A DNA stretch of 43,372 nucleotides from Octopus bimaculoides (Eukaryota): assembly GCF_001194135.2 (NCBI RefSeq), contig NC_068986.1:31119755-31163126 (forward strand). The letters run 5' to 3'. The translations under genes were made by a program, and so were the position numbers. This document shows, one piece after another, positions 26,546 to 36,885 of this stretch. Positions within the stretch are counted from its first letter, which is position 1. The number at the start of each line of letters is the position of its first letter. Below the pieces are notes generated by a model, which saw nothing but the letters and a program-made list of their open reading frames with translations, was not told the DNA's origin and did not search any database.

Positions 26546-27094
26546 GGGTGACTCGTGTGGCAGATCATTAATTACTCATTGTCTTCCAGGGACATTCTTC
26601 TTTTGAAGTGCCCATGCTACTCACAGAGGGAACGACAGGGGACCAAGACTCTTGGTGGTTTGAAAAAATATATCAAGCTAAGTAAAAGCGTGGTTGCTCT
26701 TGCATACAGGCACATCTCTTGCAACCCTCTCCTGCTAAGTATCCCTAATCTTGCTTGTACCGCATAAATAGCACCTGTGTCAGTGCTGTGTAAAAGCACC
26801 GAGTACACTCTGTAAAGTGGTTGGTATAAGGAAGGGCATCCAGCCATGGAAACTGTGCCAAAACAGACATGGAGCCTGAACAGCCCTTCAGCTGGTCAGC
26901 TCCTGTCAAACTGTCCAACCCATGCCAGCATGGAAAACACGTTAAATGATGATGATGACAAGGAAACTAGTATTAGAATGGTTTTAAAATGTGTGCATAG
27001 TTTGTTACAGACAGATATATGTGCAGTGTATTGAAAACACTACAGCTTTCTGGATTTTATGATGTTCTACATATGTATTTATTTGTAGTTTTTT

Positions 27095-27308
27095 GAGGGA
27101 ACCCGTGGAAGAGGTAGGCCCAGGAAGACCTGGGCTGAGGTGGTGAGGCAAGACCTTCGTACATTGGGCCTCACCGAGGCGATGACTACGGACCGAGACC
27201 TTTGGAAATGGGCTGTGCGTGAGAAGACCCGGCAAGCCAAGTAAGATCGTTGCCAGTGCCCCTGGACTGGTTCTTGTGCGGTTGGCACATGAGATGCACC
27301 ATTTTGAG
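27095..27308 (+). mobile_element. RTE LINE ORF end plus start of 3' UTR, running into gap
   Basis: EGTRGRGRPRKTWAEVVRQDLRTLGLTEAMTTDRDLWKWAVREKTRQAK* (27095-27244), followed by one unit of the 62-bp repeat. Confidence 0.88.
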
Positions 27309-28140
27309 NNNNNNNNNNNNNNNNNNNNNNNNNNNNNNNNNNNNNNNNNNNNNNNNNNNNNNNNNNNNNNNNNNNNNNNNNNNNNNNNNNNNNNNNNNNN
27401 NNNNNNNNNNNNNNNNNNNNNNNNNNNNNNNNNNNNNNNNNNNNNNNNNNNNNNNNNNNNNNNNNNNNNNNNNNNNNNNNNNNNNNNNNNNNNNNNNNNN
27501 NNNNNNNNNNNNNNNNNNNNNNNNNNNNNNNNNNNNNNNNNNNNNNNNNNNNNNNNNNNNNNNNNNNNNNNNNNNNNNNNNNNNNNNNNNNNNNNNNNNN
27601 NNNNNNNNNNNNNNNNNNNNNNNNNNNNNNNNNNNNNNNNNNNNNNNNNNNNNNNNNNNNNNNNNNNNNNNNNNNNNNNNNNNNNNNNNNNNNNNNNNNN
27701 NNNNNNNNNNNNNNNNNNNNNNNNNNNNNNNNNNNNNNNNNNNNNNNNNNNNNNNNNNNNNNNNNNNNNNNNNNNNNNNNNNNNNNNNNNNNNNNNNNNN
27801 NNNNNNNNNNNNNNNNNNNNNNNNNNNNNNNNNNNNNNNNNNNNNNNNNNNNNNNNNNNNNNNNNNNNNNNNNNNNNNNNNNNNNNNNNNNNNNNNNNNN
27901 NNNNNNNNNNNNNNNNNNNNNNNNNNNNNNNNNNNNNNNNNNNNNNNNNNNNNNNNNNNNNNNNNNNNNNNNNNNNNNNNNNNNNNNNNNNNNNNNNNNN
28001 NNNNNNNNNNNNNNNNNNNNNNNNNNNNNNNNNNNNNNNNNNNNNNNNNNNNNNNNNNNNNNNNNNNNNNNNNNNNNNNNNNNNNNNNNNNNNNNNNNNN
28101 NNNNNNNNNNNNNNNNNNNNNNNNNNNNNNNNNNNNNNNN
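27309..28140. other. Assembly gap (832 N); other gaps 24052-24167 and 30897-31459
   Basis: N runs; the larger two are flanked by repeats. Confidence 1.
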
Positions 28141-28425
28141 TTCTATCGGTCTCTTTTGCCGAACCGCTAAGTTACGGGGACGTAAACACACCACCATCAG
28201 TTGTCAAGTGATGTTGGGGGGACAAACACAGATACACAAGCATATACACACACATACATATATATGGGCTTCTTTCAGTTTCTGTCTACCAAATCCACTC
28301 ACAAGGCTTTGGTCGGCCTGAGGCTATAGTAGAAGACACTTGCCCAAGGTACCAAGCAGTGGGACTGAGCCCAGAACCATGTGGTTGGTAAGCAAGCTAC
28401 TTACCACACAGCCACTCCTGCGCCT
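28141..28425 (-). mobile_element. SINE of the 1232 family, cut by gap; other copies near 15200-15355(-), 15782-15871(+), 16805-17060(-), 17975-18180(+), 21985-22170(-), 29310-29450(+), 30120-30400(+), 31855-32190(+), 37690-38035(-)
   Basis: Reverse complement aligns to 1232-1540 by eye. Confidence 0.85.
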
Positions 28426-29095
28426 ATTATTCTGTCATGTACTTTATTTACTTCAGTTACTTTATCCATTTCTCAGCCAACAGTATACCTACTCCATCAC
28501 TATTCCCACTCAGAAGCATTTGTACCTTTGTTCCTTGTCTGTGAAGGTTCTTTCTATCTTTATTCTTGAACAAAGCACACATCTACTTGTCTCAGCTCCA
28601 GAATCTTTACAGTCTCTTCTAATTTACTTTTCATAATGTTGCTGTTCATAATAACTATAGTCAAAACAGTTTATTATACTCTACATGTGAAAAAGAAAAT
28701 TGTCTGATGTTAAAACACAAAGAGCTCTAACAATAATTATGATTACTAGTTTTACCATGTAATTCTCATATATGATACTGAGCATAGTTTTGTCATGTAG
28801 TTTCAGTTGTGTGTAACACACATAACCGCAATTACGATTGTATAGGCTTCCTTTAAAGTTAAAATAAATACACAGATATAAATTTTAATGCATGGTGTAT
28901 CAAGTTAGATTTAGACAAAGTTTTATATTTTGGATTTTCAAACAGTGAAAAATGGGGCTTGCACACAGTGACAGCTTGTATTATTTCATGAAATAGAAAA
29001 TTATATAAGGATATTTTTTTTCTACACAAACTTTATATTATTCTGTGTTATTAAATATATGCTCTCAGATTAAAATTCCTTTATGTAACTTATAG

Positions 29096-29199
29096 GATGT
29101 TCACCCATTTTATGCTGATTTGATGAACGTTCTCTATGACCGGGACCATTACAAACTTGCTCTGGGACAAATAAACACAGCTCGACATCTAGTTGACAA
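29096..29199 (+). CDS. GTPBP4: GTPBP4 exon 3 ([34 protein letters not shown]+AA)
   Basis: tatag| acceptor, |gtaagt donor, 104 nt; near-identical to NOG1 N-terminal helical domain [27 protein letters not shown]. Confidence 0.98.
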
Positions 29200-30668
29200 G
29201 TAAGTACTTTGTGTGTGTGTTTTTTTAAGCATTTTATTTATACTTTTGCTATGTAATAGATACCATTTCACTTTGTATCATTCTTCAAATTACTCCATTA
29301 CCAGTTTTGCAGGTATGGCTGTGTAGATATGATCTTAAATGCCACTTTGTGATACTTTGGGCAAGTGTCTACTGTAGCCTTAAAACAATGTCTTGTGGGT
29401 GGAATTGGTAGACAGAAACCTTATAGAAACTTGTCTTGTGTGTGTGATGTCTTTCCTGTTACATAAAAGGAAGGACTTCAGACTATTTTACAGTCTTTCT
29501 ACTGCTAATTTTTACCTATTTTTCAAGTAATTGATTTTTTATCCCAGTGTTCTTTGAAAATACAGAGCTATGCAAAGATTTGTTAGCTGGGAATGTCAAT
29601 AGTGTCATACTTTTTACATTTTTGTTTAATGCTTTTGTGCAAGGATGTAGAATGCAAATTTTCAAACAGGTACACATACGTACAGAGACAATATATGATA
29701 GTGAAGTTAACAAGTTTGTTTCACAAACCTGTGGTCATTTAGTCCAATCAAACTGAGTGGCATCTTGGGCGATGTCCTCTACTATACCTCCAGCCTTATG
29801 CACGAATTTAGTTGATGGAAACTTTCACCCACCCCTTGTACTTTAATCCCCTCATCTCTGCTCACCTCTGATTTTCTAGTCTTGTGAGCTATATGGTGGC
29901 TCCAACATGTTGTTCATATGCTGGTGCCACAAAAAAAAAAAAAATCTTTTTTTTTCTGTGCTAGTGCAACTCAAAATGTATTCAGTACTCACTGTAAGCA
30001 AACATTAAACCTCAACACAGTCCTGCAGTTCATTGGATCCTGTCAAACCATCCAACCCACACCAGCATAAAAAAACAGACATCCAACAACAATGATGATG
30101 AGGGGGAGTGGAGGAGGGCGATATTGACTGTGGTTAAGAAATTCACTTTGCAAGCATGTGCTTTCAAATTCGATCCCGCTGTGGCACCTTGGGCAAGTAT
30201 CTGCTACTATGGCCTCAGTTTGACCAATGCCATGTCTTTAGTAAATGGAAACAGTACAGAACCCTATTGCAGATGTGTGTGTGTATATACATTACATACA
30301 TATTTACATGTATGAATGTGAATGTTTGTGCATGTGTTCTGTTTGTCTGTGCATTGACCTAGTGACATTTATGTCCTGCATAAACAAATGTCACTCTTTT
30401 AACTTGCAAAGAGCAGTAAAATGTAGTATCTTACTTGAAAACGAGTGGATAATTGGTGTCAATTGGAGCATCTAGCCTTAAAATTCTGCCTCATGAACTC
30501 TTGTCCAACTCATGACAGCAGACACAAAAAAATGATGATAATGATGTGAAGATGCCTCATTGTATAACAGATTTCATTGAATTTATTTGTTCACAATATT
30601 TTCTAGACTGTAAGTTGCAGTTGTTTATTTGTTTAACTTACTTTACTTTATGTGATTTTATTTATATA

Positions 30669-31841
30669 TATCATCATCATCGTTTAACGTCCGCTTTCCA
30701 TGCTAGCATGGGTTGGACGATTTGACTGAGGACTGGTGAAACCGGATGGCAACACCAGGCTCCAATCTAATTTGGCAGAGTTTCTACAGCTGGATGCCCT
30801 TCCTAACGCCAACCACTCAGAGAGTGTAGTGGGTGCTTTTACGTGTCACCCGCACAGGAGCTGGCCCAGGGGCACCGGCAACGATCTCGCTCGAAANNNN
30901 NNNNNNNNNNNNNNNNNNNNNNNNNNNNNNNNNNNNNNNNNNNNNNNNNNNNNNNNNNNNNNNNNNNNNNNNNNNNNNNNNNNNNNNNNNNNNNNNNNNN
31001 NNNNNNNNNNNNNNNNNNNNNNNNNNNNNNNNNNNNNNNNNNNNNNNNNNNNNNNNNNNNNNNNNNNNNNNNNNNNNNNNNNNNNNNNNNNNNNNNNNNN
31101 NNNNNNNNNNNNNNNNNNNNNNNNNNNNNNNNNNNNNNNNNNNNNNNNNNNNNNNNNNNNNNNNNNNNNNNNNNNNNNNNNNNNNNNNNNNNNNNNNNNN
31201 NNNNNNNNNNNNNNNNNNNNNNNNNNNNNNNNNNNNNNNNNNNNNNNNNNNNNNNNNNNNNNNNNNNNNNNNNNNNNNNNNNNNNNNNNNNNNNNNNNNN
31301 NNNNNNNNNNNNNNNNNNNNNNNNNNNNNNNNNNNNNNNNNNNNNNNNNNNNNNNNNNNNNNNNNNNNNNNNNNNNNNNNNNNNNNNNNNNNNNNNNNNN
31401 NNNNNNNNNNNNNNNNNNNNNNNNNNNNNNNNNNNNNNNNNNNNNNNNNNNNNNNNNNNGCAACGATCCCGTCCCACTCAAAACATTTCATGTGTCACCC
31501 GCACAAGAGCCAGTCCAGGGGCACTGGCAACAATCTCGCTCGAAAGATTTCATGTGTCGCCCGCACATGAGCCAGTCCAGGGGCACCGGCAACGATCTCG
31601 CTCGAAAAACCTCATGTGTCACCCGCACAGGAGCTGGCCCAGGGGCACCGGCAACGATCTCGCTCGAAAGATTAGATCTTTATACTGAGACCCCCTTCGG
31701 TCATGACTGACCATGGGATTGCACCTAGAAAGTTACCCTCCGGGGCACAAGTCCGGGCAAGGTTGTTTTATGAAAGACCAGCAGTCGCGCATGCATACCA
31801 GCCTCCCCTCTCCATGCCACCACAGTTATCCAAGGGAAAGG
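30669..31841 (-). mobile_element. Composite retroelement: SINE body + 62-bp minisatellite + RTE-type 3' tail ending in (GAT)n; spans gap
   Basis: 30669-30840 matches the tail family also at 20533; tandem units start at 31528, 31590, 31652; 31691-31841 matches the reverse complement of the SINE body at about 10218-10358. Confidence 0.75.
31461..31670. repeat. 62-bp tandem minisatellite (at least 3 full units, more probably in the gap)
   Basis: Unit CAACGATCTCGCTCGAAAAACCTCATGTGTCACCCGCACAGGAGCTGGCCCAGGGGCACCGG, period 62; same unit left of gap at 30841-30896. Confidence 0.95.
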
Positions 31842-32526
31842 TATATATATATATGCATTAGCTGTGTGGTAAAAAGTTCATTTTTCAATCACAGTCTTGG
31901 GTTCAGTCCCACTGTGCAGCACTTTGGGCAAGTATCTTCTATTATAACCCTGGGCCAATCAATGCCCTATAAGCGAATTTGTAAGACAAAAACTCTGTGT
32001 GGAAGCCTGTTGTGTATGTGTTTATATGTACATGTGCTTTGTTCTCCTACTGCTTTGACTATTAGTGCTGTTTTGTTCACTTCCCTGCAACTTAGAAGTT
32101 TGACAGAGGAGACTGACAGAGCAAGTACTGGAGTCAATCTGTTCAACTAAACTCTTCAAGGTGGTGTGCCAATGACTGAAACTAGTAATAGATAAAAGAT
32201 ATATTTTTCACTATAGAAGACATCATTGAAATTGCGTAAAACATGTAACCTGTGTATTTGTTTATGCCCTGACTCTACATTTGTTATTGTTTGTAGTTGT
32301 GTACGTTTGTCTACGTATAGTAAAGTGGAAAAATATTGTTCTATCAATGGAAATTGTAACAAATCAAATGAACTCAAATTAAATCTTAGGATAATGCGGT
32401 TATAATTTAGAATGTTATCATTTTTGTTGTCTGAAGCAACAGTTTATCTGTGCAATATTTCTATGTATGTATGTATGTATAGTTTTAGTTATTTTTAAGA
32501 CTAAAATTGAGATGTTCCCATTGCAG

Positions 32527-32610
32527 TGTTTCAAAGGATTATGTTAGACTTCTGAAATATGCTGATTCACTTTATCGATGCAAACAATTGAAAAAAGCAG
32601 CTCTAGGAAG
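32527..32610 (+). CDS. GTPBP4: GTPBP4 exon 4 ((N)[27 protein letters not shown](R))
   Basis: ttgcag| acceptor, |gttagt donor, 84 nt, phase 2-2 matching neighbours; conserved [10 protein letters not shown] motif. Confidence 0.98.
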
Positions 32611-32737
32611 GTTAGTTTTTGTAATATTTAACTTGGTTAAATACAAATCTACTGTTTGGAATTAACATTGAACAGTTGTTATATACTTTAATTAAAGAAC
32701 ATATTATACAATTGTATATTATGGTATGTATTTCTAG

Positions 32738-32891
32738 AATGGTGACCATTTTGAAACGTCAGAAACAGAGCTTGGAATATCTAGAACAAGTTAGACAACA
32801 TTTATCTCGTTTGCCATCCATTGATCCTACTACCCGAACTCTTCTTGTCTGTGGATTCCCTAATGTTGGAAAATCAAGCTTTATCAATAAG
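32738..32891 (+). CDS. GTPBP4: GTPBP4 exon 5 with P-loop G1 ([51 protein letters not shown])
   Basis: tttctag| acceptor, |gtttgt donor, 154 nt; GxxxxGKS Walker A motif GFPNVGKS. Confidence 0.99.
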
Positions 32892-33242
32892 GTTTGTATA
32901 AATGTTTTTCCAAGTGTTCTTAGTTACTAAACCAACCAACTTCTCTCTCTCTGAGAACTGAAGACAGATTTAATCAACAGATCCTATTTGATTTCAGATG
33001 TTAAATGTTCTGTTACTACTTTCAAATATTTATTCTTTTCCTTATTATGATTAACATGAGGACAGTGGATTAGCAGACTTGTTAGAGAATAATGCCTTGT
33101 AGTATTTATTCCAGTTCTTTTATGTTCTGTGTTAAAATCCTGCTGAGGTGAACTTTGCCTTTCATCCTTCAGTTCAAGTACTGGTGACTCGTCTCCAAAT
33201 TTCTGGCCTTGTAATAATGTCAGAAACAATTATTATGATTAA

Positions 33243-33462
33243 CCCTTTAGCATTCAGATTTCAGTGTCAAATGTAATGCTTATTTATTCACATAGATTTG
33301 AATTAGTCATACATTACATTATAGCTTTTAGACTTCAGTGACATAATTGTTCATTTTTAGAATAATATTGTAGAGTAAGTGTGAGAGGTTGGATCTGGCA
33401 AGTTTGTAGATAAAACAAGTCGATTATTTTGGCTGGACATGGCTGATTTAAACGCTGAAGGG
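33243..33462. mobile_element. piggyBac-like MITE
   Basis: TTAA-CCCTTTAGCATTCAGA ... TTTAAACGCTGAAGGG-CTAA; CCC/GGG termini with one intact and one mutated TTAA. Confidence 0.7.
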
Positions 33463-33985
33463 CTAAGATAAGATACAGTGACCAAATGTTAATATGTTGA
33501 ACCAGTAAACAAAAGATATCAATTTTAACCTGTATTTACCGCCTGGTTGCCTTTTCGCAACACAAAACCTACTTCTTCTTGTTTGGACATGAACTCGCCA
33601 GGAAGCATCTGACTGAGCATACGGAATGTGCAGTTGGTAGTCAACACCCGTAGCTAACAGTTGCATACCGTCCTTTTCTTTCAGATTGTGAAAGCTTACC
33701 GTAACGTTTAATCTAAATACAGTGAAATTTTAAGACTTCATTTTTTTTATAGGCATATATGGGTTAAATGCTCTCATTGACATAGGATGTCCTTAAGAGG
33801 AGTACATTACTTTCTTTTATCCACTCTACCTAACTGATAAGAAATACCACTTACTTCATGGCTGAGTTGTTGACATTTAGAAAATATTGCTGTACTGGTT
33901 TATTTAAATATTTAAATGTGTTAATCAGTGTTTATCGTTTCTAATATCCAGTTATTATTCTTGTAATAATTTTGTTAACTTCTAG

Positions 33986-34078
33986 ATTACACGAGCCGAC
34001 GTTGAAGTGCAGCCTTATGCTTTCACTACCAAATCATTGTTTGTCGGACACACTGACCATCGGTATCTACGTTGGCAG
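33986..34078 (+). CDS. GTPBP4: GTPBP4 exon 6 with G2 ([31 protein letters not shown])
   Basis: tctag| acceptor, |gtaaga donor, 93 nt; OBG-family switch I YAFTT. Confidence 0.99.
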
Positions 34079-34955
34079 GTAAGATATCTATTTTGTGAAA
34101 AGTTTCATTTTAAAAAATCTTATTTCCTGTTAATATTTATTTCTTCTTTTTCTTTTCAAATATATAAGTAACATATTTTCCAGCCCACAAGTTAGTGTGT
34201 TATATAGTGTAAATTCAAACATCAGTCTTTCCAAATCCAGTTGCTAGTTTGAAAAATTTGACTTTTATGCCAGAAAATATGGTATGTTTGATTGTATTTT
34301 TATCATTAATATTGTCATAAAGGAGTGATCTTAGTTAATATTTATTAGTGACAGCTATGGTATATGTATAAGCAGATATTTTTGTCACTTAAAAGAATTA
34401 TAACTAGAGTGCATTGAAAATACTTGGTATTCAGAACAGAAGTGGATTGAGAAAGCGTCTTGCTTTAAAACTTCTGTGACTATATTTCCAAAGAAATACA
34501 CTATCTGTTGTAATAATTCTAAGTATTTCTATAAGTTCAGTAATAAAGTCTCGCCCTGAAGCTTAAATCATACAAAGTTCTTAATTCCCAGAATCTTGTT
34601 CAATAGCATAATGCAAGTTCCTACAATGAATTCAGTCATAGCTTTGTTAAACCAGACTGTTTGTGTGATGTTTGAGTTAAGTCACATGACCTACAACATC
34701 ATTTTTGTTATGTATGAATCAACATTTCATCTGTTTCCTATTTCTTAGGTATGTGGAGCACATCATCATTTAACATTCATTTTCCATGCTGGCATGGGTT
34801 GGAAAGTCAGAGAGCCATGCCAAGCTCCACTGTCTGCTTTAGCAAGGTTTCTGTAGCTAGATGCTCTTCCTAGCGCTGGGAGTGTATATATAATAAAAAC
34901 TACTCTTTGAAACAATTTATATTCTAAATGCTATTTTTTCTCCCTTTCCAAATAG

Positions 34956-35105
34956 GTTGTTGATACTCCAGGTATATTGGATCATCCTTTAGAAAATAGA
35001 AACACTATTGAAATGCAGGCCATTACAGCATTGGCTCATTTAAAAGCTGCAGTACTGTATATTATGGATATCTCTGAACAATGTAACCAAACAATTGATG
35101 AACAG
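34956..35105 (+). CDS. GTPBP4: GTPBP4 exon 7 with G3 ([50 protein letters not shown])
   Basis: aatag| acceptor, |gtaaga donor, 150 nt; DTPG motif and NOG1 signature [15 protein letters not shown]. Confidence 0.99.
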
Positions 35106-35151
35106 GTAAGAGTTTGTTTGTAAATACAAACAGTGGCTGTCTCCATTTTAG

Positions 35152-35549
35152 GCTCTTATTTACATTATTTACAATTGACGGATATTTGTCCTTATCTTGT
35201 TTGTTGTTAATACAACGTTTCAGCTGATATACCATACGGTGTAGTGGTTAAGAGCATAGGCTACTAACCCTAAGATTCCGAGTTGGATTCCAGGCAGTGA
35301 CCTGAATAATAATAATAATAATTTTTAAAAAAAAACAACAATAATAAACAAGAACACCACCACCATCGTCGTCATCATCATCGGAAAATACCTTAGGAAT
35401 GTGAACCCAGGTTGGAAATTTCCCCAAGACACCTGATGAAAGCTGGAGGGCATATTAGCTGAAACATTGTGTTAACAACAAACAAGATGAGGACAAATAT
35501 CCGTCAATTGTAAATAATGTACATAATTCTTCATCTCTTAAATATAGAA
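35152..35549 (+). mobile_element. Non-autonomous retroelement: inverted partial terminal repeat + tRNA-like head + microsatellite linker + Penelope-like terminal repeat with hammerhead core
   Basis: A-box-like GGTGTAGTGG 35238-35247, B-box-like GAGTTGGATTCC 35280-35291; CTGATGA...GAAAC at 35433-35465; ~70-bp inverted repeat 35161-35232 vs ~35450-35521; direct repeat CTCCATTTTAG at 35141-35151 and 35550-35560. Confidence 0.8.
35428..35473 (+). ncRNA. Minimal type I hammerhead ribozyme motif, probably degenerate
   Basis: Stem I GACAC (35428-32)/GTGTT (35469-73); core CTGATGA-A; stem II AGCTG/TAGCT with 10-nt loop; GAAAC; triplet ATT, whereas the inverted copy reads GAAACGTT. Confidence 0.65.
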
Positions 35550-36303
35550 CTCCATTTTAGCTGTTACTATCACAACTGCTGTTTGTTTGAATTAACTGAG
35601 AATTGTAATGTGAATTAGCATTGGCTAAAAAACATGTAAACATTTTGAATACAATAAGATACAAAGGAATCCCAGAACAAATTGCCTCCACATCCAAACT
35701 AAACTTCACACATGCTGAATGAGTAAATGCGTTAACTATTATATTACTGCTTTGTTTTTTTTCTTATTACCCTTTTTTTACTCTGCTATTGGGTGGTTGA
35801 CATAAAATCCTTCGTTTCATTGATTTATTCAAAAAATATGGAATTACAGACTTGGCCAACACAAATTTAATTCTCTAAAATAATTGGGATTATTTAGGTT
35901 GTCTCATGCAGTCGTTCCCCAATTTTTTTTTTTTTTTTTTCCTTTTATCACAGTATACTTAGAGTAAATAAAAAATATTTTGGTGCACTTTGTGTATAAA
36001 GTTAAAAATGAAAATATTATAAATGGTATTTATATATTTTATATAAATGTGAATGATTTAACTACAGAAATATATTAATCATTTCATTACCAATCTTGCA
36101 ATGAAATACATTGCCTATTAATATTTAAAATTATTCTATTCATGTCGTACCTAGCTACCTCCTATACATACCCCAGTGCTTACGGGAGGTAGCCATATGT
36201 TTAATGACCTAATCTCATTGGTTTTATTTCAGTTTGTTAGCTATTTACTTTTCCTTGTATGCTTAATTTATATTTTATATATATTTTTGCTTTAAATTTT
36301 CAG

Positions 36304-36411
36304 ATTACCTTATTTGAAAGCATTAAACCATTATTTGTGAATAAACCCATCTTAGTTTGCATCAACAAAATAGATGTTCTGAAATTTGAAGACCTCCCAG
36401 AAGCTACACAG
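36304..36411 (+). CDS. GTPBP4: GTPBP4 exon 8 with G4 (ITLFESIKPLFVNKPILVCINKIDVLKFEDLPEATQ)
   Basis: ttttcag| acceptor, |gtaatt donor, 108 nt; NKxD motif NKID. Confidence 0.98.
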
Positions 36412-36655
36412 GTAATTTGTTTCAACACACATGATCTCTCTCTCTCTCTCTCATTAAATATAATGTAGTATGAATTATTTTAGGATACTTCATATGATAT
36501 ATTTTCTAATTACATTTGTTTCTTTAAATCATGCACAAGACATGAAAAAATAACATATGGCTAACTAGTTGGTCCTTTTATGAAATAAAATGTGATAGGA
36601 TTAATGTTTGGTTTGATCTGGTTCTGAAACATAAAATGAATGAGTAATAAATCTA

Positions 36656-36885
36656 CAGGGTGCCCACAAAGTCAGGCTACATGGAGTAAATAAAATTATA
36701 ACATCAACAATTAAATTTAAGAAATAATAATTTCTTAACCCATTACCTACCAGTGATCTCATGAGATCACTTAAAAATTACAAATTTCGTAATTATCTGT
36801 CAAAATTCCAGTTAATAGAATTATGGGAGGTAATGGGTTTAAGTATGTGTTAATCCCCATGTACCCAGACTTTGAGGACACCCTG
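36656..36885. mobile_element. Tc1/mariner-type MITE with TA target sites
   Basis: TA-CAGGGTGCCCACAAAGTCAGGCTACATGG ... CCATGTACCCAGACTTTGAGGACACCCTG-TA; imperfect ~29-bp TIRs, no ORF. Confidence 0.85.

Noticed and set aside
27079-28211. Long ORFs (306-372 aa) here and at 30736-31710
   Set aside because: Artefacts of translating N runs; flanks are RTE/SINE sequence.
30841-31680. CRISPR-like periodic array
   Set aside because: Head-to-tail tandem units with no unique spacers, no cas genes, animal intron context.
35233-35303. tRNA gene; likewise the head at 10036-10105
   Set aside because: Only A/B boxes remain, acceptor stem is incomplete, and both continue into SINE bodies.
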